DNA from: Clostridia bacterium
GTDB lineage: Bacteria; Bacillota; Clostridia; Oscillospirales; CAG-272
DNA: 64,000 bases
NCBI GenBank assembly: GCA_017540175.1
Contig: JAFYBN010000031.1
Span: 7,481 to 71,480, forward strand
Direction of reading: 5' to 3'
Part shown: one piece after another, positions 56,980 to 64,000 of the stretch
Layout: each line of letters begins with the position of its first letter
Position numbering within the stretch: position 1 is the stretch's first letter
Translations under genes and position numbers: made by a program
The notes under the pieces: generated by a model
Database searches by the model: none
The model's input: the letters and a program-made list of their open reading frames with translations, nothing else
Told to the model about the DNA's origin: nothing

Positions 56980-58848
56980 ATGATAAAAACAAGGGTGAAA
57001 ATCTATTTAACGCGTCTTCTGATCTGCGCGGTCTGCGCGGGAGCGCTCGGCTCCTGCTCCGCGCCCGCACCGAATCACAGCCAACCCGAAACCGCAGCCG
57101 CGGAGACGAAAAAAACGCCCGCAGCCGAAAAGGAGGAAATCGCCATGACCGAAACGGAAGCGATCATCGCTGCGGAGACCGAACCGACCTCCGCCGAAGC
57201 CGAACAGACAGCCGCAGAAGCATCCGAACCGACCGCCGCCGCAGAGCCGGAAAACACGGAACAGGAGGAATGCCGGATGACCCTCTTCGGCATCCCGCTC
57301 GGGCAGTGGACGCTCGTCTACTCCGAGAACTACGCCTATAAGGACATACTGGACATCCGCGCGTTCGCGAAGCTGCTCTCACAGCTCAGCGGACAGACCG
57401 TTTCCGCCGCGGACAAGCAGCCACAGACGGGGCACTGCATCCTGCTCGGACGCTCGTCCCCGCTCACGCCGCGCACCGACGATCTCAGCTATATTGTCCG
57501 CTGGGACGGGGAAAACCTGCACATCGGCGGAAACAGCTTTTGGGCGGACTGCCGCGCTCTCTACAACGAGCTGATCTACGGCGCGCTCGGCGCGGACTAC
57601 GCCTTAAATCCCCCGGAGAACCCTCCCGAGGACGTGACCCTCGCCGACCGGGACGTCTCCGACCCGTCCCACAGCCGCGCGTATTCGATCTCGGCGTGGT
57701 GCACCTCCGGCGACGCCTTTGACACGGAGGAGCTCGTCCGGCAGGCCGCGGAGGCGGGCTTCTCGAAGGTCAACATCAGCGGCGCGTCGGACGTGAAGCT
57801 CTGCCGCGACCTCATGAAATGGTGCGCGATCTACGATCTCGAGATCCTCTGGTCGGGTGCGGGCGTGTCCGCCTCGAACATGACGCGCCAATCGTGGGAG
57901 GAGCAGAAGTACATCCTGACCGCGCCCCACGTCTGGGGCATCTATCTCTGCGACGAGCCGAGTTCCTCGCAGTTCGAATCGCTTGCCGAGTCGGTCGAGA
58001 AATTCGGAGAGTACACCGACAAGGTGGCGTTCATCAATCTCTTCCCGACCTACGCGTCCGCGAAGCAGCTCGGGAATCCGACCTATCAGGCGCATGTGGA
58101 CGAGTTTTTCAGGACCGTGCCCGTCACATGGGCGTCGGTCGACCACTACCCGCTGAATTCGAGCGGCCTCAACGGCGACTACATGACGAACCTCGAGATC
58201 GTTGCGGCGGCGTGCCAAAAGTACCGCGTCCCGTTCAGCGTCTACCTGCAGAGCGTGTCCTTTGTCTCCTGGAAGCGGACGCCGAGCGAGCGCGATCTCG
58301 AGTGGCAGCTCTGGTGCATCCGCTCGTTCGGCGCGGCGGAGGCGATCTATTTCACCTATATGACGCCGTACAGCACCGCGGAGGACTTCAAGGACGCCCT
58401 GATCGACCACAACCGCGAGAGAACGGACCGCTGGTACGCCGCGCAGCTCGTCAACGGCGAGTTCGCCGCTCTGGACGGCGCGTTCGCCCGCTATCCCTCA
58501 TGGCTCGGCGCGTTTACGCTGGGCGCAGACCAGAAGAGCAGCAGCCGGTTGGATTTCATGCGGTTCGACGGCCAATATGATTTCAGCGCCGTGATCCCGG
58601 AAATCTCGAGCGACAACCTCCTGCTGTTCGGCTGCTTCACGAACACGGAGGGGAAATACGCCTTCACCGTCGTGAACTGCGAGGAGCTGCTCAAGGCAAG
58701 CCGCACCGCGTCCGCGCGGATCAAAACGAACGCTCCCGTCACGCTCTGGCAGAACGGGGCGTCCTCCCTCCTCGAGCCGGACGCCGACGGGTACGTCTCC
58801 GTGGAGCTTGCCTGCGGCGAGGGAGTCTTCTGCGAGATCGGGAACTGA
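56980..58848 (+). CDS. lipoprotein with putative glycoside-hydrolase TIM barrel
   Basis: Lipobox LGSC, E/T/A linker, GH20b-like N-domain, GIYLCDEP, FINLFP, SVDHYP, C-terminal beta sandwich. Confidence 0.7.
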   Translation: MIKTRVKIYLTRLLICAVCAGALGSCSAPAPNHSQPETAAAETKKTPAAEKEEIAMTETEAIIAAETEPTSAEAEQTAAEASEPTAAAEPENTEQEECRMTLFGIPLGQWTLVYSENYAYKDILDIRAFAKLLSQLSGQTVSAADKQPQTGHCILLGRSSPLTPRTDDLSYIVRWDGENLHIGGNSFWADCRALYNELIYGALGADYALNPPENPPEDVTLADRDVSDPSHSRAYSISAWCTSGDAFDTEELVRQAAEAGFSKVNISGASDVKLCRDLMKWCAIYDLEILWSGAGVSASNMTRQSWEEQKYILTAPHVWGIYLCDEPSSSQFESLAESVEKFGEYTDKVAFINLFPTYASAKQLGNPTYQAHVDEFFRTVPVTWASVDHYPLNSSGLNGDYMTNLEIVAAACQKYRVPFSVYLQSVSFVSWKRTPSERDLEWQLWCIRSFGAAEAIYFTYMTPYSTAEDFKDALIDHNRERTDRWYAAQLVNGEFAALDGAFARYPSWLGAFTLGADQKSSSRLDFMRFDGQYDFSAVIPEISSDNLLLFGCFTNTEGKYAFTVVNCEELLKASRTASARIKTNAPVTLWQNGASSLLEPDADGYVSVELACGEGVFCEIGN

Positions 58849-58953
58849 AATCGTAAGCCGTCAGAAATCTCTCCGAGCGACGGAACAGCCCCCCGCGCGG
58901 CGGACGTCAGCGGGCGCGGGGGAAGCGACCAAAAAATGAAAAGGGAACGAATC

Positions 58954-59235
58954 ATGGACAAAGCTTCGCTGATGCAATTTTTGAAAAGAATACTGGGAAA
59001 CGGGTCGGCGGAAAAATCCGCCGCGTCCCTCGGTCAGCTTCGCGACATCCTGAAGGCCCAGAACGCCGATGCGGACATGATCCGGCTCGTCGAGGCGACC
59101 CTTGCGAATATATCGGAAGCGAAACATGAGGTCATACAGACGACGTTTTCGGAAGCGACTCTGAGAACCGCCCTCGAAAGAGCGCAGAGACGGAAACAGC
59201 GGGAAGCGGAAATGGCAGACAGGGGACGGTGCTGA
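58954..59235 (+). CDS. small helical hypothetical protein ending ...DRGRC
   Basis: AAGGGA RBS; TGATG coupling to the next gene; alternative start 58936. Confidence 0.75.
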   Translation: MDKASLMQFLKRILGNGSAEKSAASLGQLRDILKAQNADADMIRLVEATLANISEAKHEVIQTTFSEATLRTALERAQRRKQREAEMADRGRC

Positions 59236-60233
59236 TGAGCGAGTATTTCGGAAGCACCTACGCGGCGGCGGACGGGATTATCCTTTCCTACACCGGATCG
59301 GACGTCTCCCTCTCCGTCCCGCAGACGCTCGCCGACATGCCGATCGTCCGGATCGGGGACGGCGCTTTCATGGAGTCGGCAAAGCTCCGCAGGGTGTTTC
59401 TCCCGGACGGGATCCGCGAGATCGGATCTCAGGCATTCCGATCCTGCCGCGAACTCAGGGAGGTCAGCATTTCCGGCTCGGACACCTCCTTCGGGGAACG
59501 CGCTTTTACGGCGTGCCCGAAGCTCGGCGCGCTGAGTTTTTCCGATTTTCCCGTGAGCGCGAGCATCTACGCGACGCTGAAAACCGCCTCGCAGCGCGTC
59601 AACGGTACGCAGTATCTCGCGCGAACTTTTCCGGACGACAAACGGCTGAGAGCCGCGCTTTCCTCGACCGGGATCCCGCCTGCGACGCTCGTCCCGGACG
59701 GGCTGCGCCGCTTGTTCGTTCATTGGGATCCGGACGAGCCGTCGAACGCTTCGGAGCCGGAGTCGGCGAACGACCTCTTTGCCTTCGGCGACGCCGATCA
59801 CGCAAGCGCAGCGGATGAACTTGCCGCCCTCGTGCGCGGCGGCGCGTCAATCGGCTCGGACCGGGAAACGGAACGAAAAAACGACGTTTTCGAGAGGACG
59901 GAAAAACGACCATTGCCAGTGAAGACGGCAGTCTTCTCATTCGACGACGCAAAGACCCGGAGGGAGAGCGGCGGGTATCGTCTTTCCGTCCGGATCAGCA
60001 TCGGCTGTCATTACTGGCTGAGCGCCGTCCCGATCCGGTTCCATGAAAAAACGTATTACATATGCCGCCGGCACGACCTTGCCGCAGAGCCGGATTTTCT
60101 GTACACCCGGCGCGAATTCGCCGTGTTTTCGGGAGATACTTCCCTTTCCCGGCCGCTCGGCGACGCGCTCGTCACGAACACGAATCTTGTGAGGGAAATC
60201 TATGCAAAATACCGACTCATGTCGATCCTGTAA
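59235..60233 (+). CDS. BspA-type leucine-rich-repeat protein with unknown C-terminal domain
   Basis: YTGSD..L.VP, IGDGAF...LRRVFLPDGIREIGSQAFRSC..L, FGERAFTAC..L; no signal peptide. Confidence 0.8.
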   Translation: MSEYFGSTYAAADGIILSYTGSDVSLSVPQTLADMPIVRIGDGAFMESAKLRRVFLPDGIREIGSQAFRSCRELREVSISGSDTSFGERAFTACPKLGALSFSDFPVSASIYATLKTASQRVNGTQYLARTFPDDKRLRAALSSTGIPPATLVPDGLRRLFVHWDPDEPSNASEPESANDLFAFGDADHASAADELAALVRGGASIGSDRETERKNDVFERTEKRPLPVKTAVFSFDDAKTRRESGGYRLSVRISIGCHYWLSAVPIRFHEKTYYICRRHDLAAEPDFLYTRREFAVFSGDTSLSRPLGDALVTNTNLVREIYAKYRLMSIL

Positions 60234-61158
60234 AAACAACGGAAAAACACGCGTCGTCGAGATCCTCGGCAAGCCCGTTCGGGTCAAAAGCTACGTCTGC
60301 TCGCCGGACGGCGTTCACTATAAGGACAAATCCGAACCGATCCGCCTGCAGCTCTCCGTATGCCCGACCTCCTTTTGCCCGGCGAACTGCCCGTTCTGCA
60401 TCGCTGGGGGAACGCAATCGCGGCGCAGGCTGGATCTTGCCGCGCTCGAGCGAACGATGAGACTGCTGAAGGCTGAGGACCGGGTCCGCGGGATCAAGCT
60501 CACGGGCGGCGAGCCCATGCTCGACGTCGTATTCTTCGACGAGATCGTGCACCTTCTTTACGAAGTGTTCGGCTATGAGATCGAGATCTCGGTCAGCACG
60601 AACGGGCTCGGGCTGAGAGATCTGCATAAGGTCCGGGATCTGAAGTACATCGAATCGATCCATCTCAGCCGCCACCATTACGACGACGGGGTGAACAAAC
60701 AGCTCTTCGGCGGCGCGGACGTGCCGTCCCGGGACGAGCTGAAAGAGATCGTCGGCTCCGTATCGTTCAAGGACATTTTCGTGCTCAACTGCCTTCTGCT
60801 CCGGGATTATATCTGCTCGCCCGAGGAGGCGCACCGCTTTCTCGATTTCGCGATCGACGTCGGCATCCCGAAGGTGGGATTTGTCACCTGCTCGCCGATC
60901 AACGCGTTCGCGAAGGCACAGCACATTTCGGACAAAACGGTCATCCGGGACGACGACCCCGCCCTCCTCTTCACGCGCGGCTTTTATGATTACGACGTCT
61001 GCCGCTGCCGGGACGGCGTGTATGTCTCGGCGGAGGGAGAACTCGTCGAGTTTTACACCCGGGACACCTGTACCGGCGGGTGCGGGTATTCGCGGGGACT
61101 GGTTTACGACGCGGACGATCATCTGCGGGACGGATTCGGCGGGGAGATCATTCTCTGA
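60202..61158 (+). CDS. radical SAM protein of unknown function
   Basis: CPANCPFC (Cx3Cx2C), LTGGEP, STNG, HLSRHHYDD, C-terminal CRC..C...C..RGLVYDAD..L..GF. Confidence 0.92.
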   Translation: MQNTDSCRSCKNNGKTRVVEILGKPVRVKSYVCSPDGVHYKDKSEPIRLQLSVCPTSFCPANCPFCIAGGTQSRRRLDLAALERTMRLLKAEDRVRGIKLTGGEPMLDVVFFDEIVHLLYEVFGYEIEISVSTNGLGLRDLHKVRDLKYIESIHLSRHHYDDGVNKQLFGGADVPSRDELKEIVGSVSFKDIFVLNCLLLRDYICSPEEAHRFLDFAIDVGIPKVGFVTCSPINAFAKAQHISDKTVIRDDDPALLFTRGFYDYDVCRCRDGVYVSAEGELVEFYTRDTCTGGCGYSRGLVYDADDHLRDGFGGEIIL

Positions 61159-61186
61159 ACATCATGCGAAGGAAGGAGGCGGGAGC

Positions 61187-62437
61187 ATGGACGTCGAGAA
61201 AGAAATCACGAAATTCAAAATGGATCTTCTCCGGAAGATGCCGTTTTACGGCGACATCGTCATGAACCTGCCCTTCGTGCCGAACAAAAAAATCCCGACC
61301 GCCCGAACAAACGGCGGGATGATCGAATACAATCCGGATTTCCTCGGTTCCATGAGCGCGGGAAAGCGGAATTTCATCCTGATGCACGAGGTCTTCCACG
61401 TCCTGCTGTTCCACTGCAGCCGCAAGAACGAAAGACACCCGCGGATCTGGAACGCCGCCGCGGACATGATCGTCAACGCGATGCTTCTTGAGCGCCTGTC
61501 CTTCATGAACGAAAACAGGATCGCGTTCGAAAAGCCGGACAGCGGCATTTTCACGTCCGTCGGCGCGTGGGACACCACCGAAAACCTTTACAACAAGCTG
61601 CTTCTCGACAACAGCACCCCGCAGTCGGGTCCGGACACGGTCCGGCGCTGCGTGAAAACATGGCGCGGCACGCTGAACGAAGAGATCTGGCCTGCGCCGT
61701 CCGACCTCATTCTCGTCGCCGCGCCGGGGGAGGAGAGTGATGACGGCAGTTCCTCTCCGCCGGCGCTGAGCCCGGAAGCGCTCCTCGAGCTCATCCGGGA
61801 ATCGGCGTCGAGAAACCGGTCCGACACGGCAAGCTGCATGGTGCCGCGGGAAATCTACCGGCTGACGGAGAGAAAAACGGTCAACTGGAAGACCCTGCTC
61901 AGGGAATTCTGCGAAGCGGAGCGGAGCGACGAGTCCTCTTATACGACTCCGGAGCGGAAATACATCCACATGGACCTGATCCTGCCGGGATACGGCATGA
62001 CCGAGGAGAGGCTTGAGGAAATCTGGGCGTTCGTGGATTCCTCCGGGTCGATCTCCAAAACCCAGATGGAAGAATTCTTGTCCGAGCTGTATCGCCTCGT
62101 GCGGGAATTCAAATGCAGGCTCAATATCTGTTACTGGGACACGAGCGTGACGGACGTTTACAAAAACCTCACGAAGGAGGCGGACGTGTTCGACAGCATT
62201 CCGCTCCACTCGGGCGGAACGGACATCAACTGCGTCTACCGCTGGATCCGTGAAAACAGGGCGGACCCGGACGTGATGCTGATTCTGACCGACGGATATT
62301 TCGGCAGACTGAACCCGCAGGTCTTTAAACCCTCTCTCGCAAAGAAAACCATCCTCGTTCTGAACGGGGAGATCGCCATAGACGACGATATGAAGCGGAT
62401 CGGAAAAATCACACGACTGGAGAAACAGAAATCATGA
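61187..62437 (+). CDS. DUF2201-like metallopeptidase (HExxH) plus vWA domain protein
   Basis: PFYG, PTARTNG..YNP.F, MHEVFH, WNAAAD..VN, VNWKTLL, FVDSSGS (MIDAS), GGTD, LTDGY; AGGAGG RBS. Confidence 0.9.
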   Translation: MDVEKEITKFKMDLLRKMPFYGDIVMNLPFVPNKKIPTARTNGGMIEYNPDFLGSMSAGKRNFILMHEVFHVLLFHCSRKNERHPRIWNAAADMIVNAMLLERLSFMNENRIAFEKPDSGIFTSVGAWDTTENLYNKLLLDNSTPQSGPDTVRRCVKTWRGTLNEEIWPAPSDLILVAAPGEESDDGSSSPPALSPEALLELIRESASRNRSDTASCMVPREIYRLTERKTVNWKTLLREFCEAERSDESSYTTPERKYIHMDLILPGYGMTEERLEEIWAFVDSSGSISKTQMEEFLSELYRLVREFKCRLNICYWDTSVTDVYKNLTKEADVFDSIPLHSGGTDINCVYRWIRENRADPDVMLILTDGYFGRLNPQVFKPSLAKKTILVLNGEIAIDDDMKRIGKITRLEKQKS

Positions 62438-63630
62438 CAATCAGGGAATTCGGTGAATGCGTCGAATACAATATCGAGCACAACATCAAGCACGCCATTC
62501 TCGGGCTGGGCGCGCCGGGCGTGGGCAAATCCCAGATCATCCGCCAGATCGGAAAAAAATACGGCTACAAGGTGATCGACATCCGGCTGGCGCAGATGTC
62601 CGAGGTCGAGATCGGCGGTCTAATCTATCCGAACGAGAGCCGCACGAAGACCGTCTGGCTCGCGCCGGAGATTTTGCCGGACGAGGAGCGGGACGGTAAA
62701 AACACGATCCTGCTGCTCGACGAGCTGACCTCCTGCACCAAGCGCGTGCAGGTCGCGGCCTACCAGCTCATTCTGGATCGCCGGATCGGACAGTACCGGC
62801 TTCCGGAAGGGACCTTCGTCGTGGCGCTCGGAAACCGCGAGGACGACGACGGCGTGTACATTCGGCTGGCGGGCCCGCTTGCCGACCGCTTCGAGATCCA
62901 CTACATCGAGCCGAATTTCGAGGACTGGAAAAACGATTTCGCGATCCCGAACAACGTGCATCCCCTCGTGGTGAATTACCTGAGCTTCAAGCCCGCGGCG
63001 CTCCACAACCAAAAGACGTCGGAGGGCAGCATGGTCTTCTCCACGCCGCGCTCCTGGGTTCGCGTAAGCGACATTCTGCATTTCGATTCGGACGTGACAA
63101 AGCCCGTGATCCGGAACAAAATCATCGGCAACATCGGCGAAAGAGAAGGCAATCAGTTCGTCGAATACTGCAAAAAGCACGCCCGTTTCGTCACGGCGGA
63201 CGATTTTCTCTCGAAAAAACTGCCCGCGCCCTCCGCACCGGAGGAGCTGTCGATCCTTGTTTCCTCCCTCGTGGACAAGGCGGGATTTCTGCGGAACGCG
63301 GGGGACGAGCCGAACGGGGAGCAGAAGGGTCTTCTCGAGGAAATCATCCTGGGACTCTTTCGGATGCCGAAGGCGGAATATACGGTCATCGGCCTCCGGG
63401 GACTGCTCGCGCTCAACCGCGAGGCGGTGAAGAAGGTCTTCTTTATGATGGACGACGAAAACATTCAGCGGTTCATCGAAGACAACGGGGGCGTCCTCGG
63501 GTTGGAGGAAAACATTCAGCGACTCATCCGGGACAGCGGCGGCGGCTCCGGTTCGGGGGAAAGAAAAGAAAGCTGTGCAAAGACGAGCTCCAGAAAAACG
63601 GACTGGAAAAAATGGCTGAAGGAGAAGTAA
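62434..63630 (+). CDS. MoxR/dynein-related AAA+ ATPase
   Basis: Walker A GAPGVGKS, IDIRL, Walker B LLLDEL, YQLILDRRIG.Y.LP, ALGNR, LADRF, TPRSW; ATGA overlap. Confidence 0.93.
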   Translation: MTIREFGECVEYNIEHNIKHAILGLGAPGVGKSQIIRQIGKKYGYKVIDIRLAQMSEVEIGGLIYPNESRTKTVWLAPEILPDEERDGKNTILLLDELTSCTKRVQVAAYQLILDRRIGQYRLPEGTFVVALGNREDDDGVYIRLAGPLADRFEIHYIEPNFEDWKNDFAIPNNVHPLVVNYLSFKPAALHNQKTSEGSMVFSTPRSWVRVSDILHFDSDVTKPVIRNKIIGNIGEREGNQFVEYCKKHARFVTADDFLSKKLPAPSAPEELSILVSSLVDKAGFLRNAGDEPNGEQKGLLEEIILGLFRMPKAEYTVIGLRGLLALNREAVKKVFFMMDDENIQRFIEDNGGVLGLEENIQRLIRDSGGGSGSGERKESCAKTSSRKTDWKKWLKEK

Positions 63631-63633
63631 ACG

Positions 63634-64000
63634 ATGTCCGCATTCAAAAAGGTGATGAATCGCGAGATCACCGGCTGGCGGGTATGGGACGCGGCATGGC
63701 TTTTCACGGCGCTCTACGCGGTCTGCGTCTGCTCCGTCATCGCCGGTGAGAACGACTGGATCAGCCTGACCGCCGCGCTGACCGGCGCCGCGTGCGTCGT
63801 TCTGACCGGCAAGGGCGTGCGCTTCTCCTTCCTCATCGGACTTGTGAACTCGCTCCTTTACGCATATATCGCGTGGAAGGCGAGGTATTACGGGGAGGTC
63901 ATGCTGAACCTCATCTATTACGTTCCGATGGGCGCGGTCGGCTGGTTCGCGTGGAAAAAACATATGAACGATGAGACCGGCGAGGTCGTGAAGGAAAGGC
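63634..64000 (+). CDS. pnuC: PnuC-family (nicotinamide riboside/vitamin) transporter, 3' end outside window
   Basis: Not in the ORF track because it has no stop in the window. My translation MSAFKKVMNREITGW..LTGAACVVLTGKG..GLVNSLLYAYIAW..YYGEVMLNLIYYVPM..GWFAWKK matches PnuC. AAGGAG RBS; starts 3 bp after the ATPase stop. Confidence 0.85.
   Translation, partial: MSAFKKVMNREITGWRVWDAAWLFTALYAVCVCSVIAGENDWISLTAALTGAACVVLTGKGVRFSFLIGLVNSLLYAYIAWKARYYGEVMLNLIYYVPMGAVGWFAWKKHMNDETGEVVKER

Noticed and set aside
60202-61158. Prokaryotic viperin call
   Set aside because: Viperin signature residues are not present; kept as an unassigned radical SAM enzyme.
60881-61186. N-terminal extension of the DUF2201-like ORF
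   Set aside because: Overlaps the radical SAM gene out of frame; a strong RBS supports ATG 61187.
58849-64000. Prophage or mobile element
   Set aside because: No integrase, att site, transposase or virion genes visible in the window.

Overview
High-GC, Clostridia-like chromosomal window (inferred from gene content: S-layer protein, lipoprotein solute-binding proteins, glutamine synthetase III, LL-DAP pathway, near-consensus sigmaA promoters). I saw no rRNA, tRNA, CRISPR array or transposase. Layout: (1) end of a GH116 gene, then an uncharacterised two-gene membrane operon (zinc-ribbon/Pro-Gln-repeat protein and a 1131-aa signal-peptide/TM protein); (2) assorted metabolic and stress genes; (3) a beta-helix-PDZ protein, a lipoprotein serpin with an ECF-type promoter and an orphan S24/S26 peptidase; (4) a minus-strand glycan-utilisation cluster with one frameshifted gene; (5) an SLH protein; (6) a 20-kb divergent nitrogen locus (split glutamate synthase versus glnA(III)-amtB::PII-asnB-nadE-purF-carAB-dapF-dapL) with ANTAR-like hairpin/terminator leaders and tandem repeats that copy the 3' ends of glnA and asnB; (7) ADH/ALDH/UroD-family genes; (8) at the right end, a tightly coupled operon I cannot assign to a known pathway: small ...GRC protein, BspA-LRR protein, radical SAM enzyme, HExxH/vWA (DUF2201-like) protein, MoxR-type AAA+ ATPase and PnuC transporter, running off the window. 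That last operon is the best candidate for an undescribed system. All family calls come from motif recognition by eye, not from database searches.
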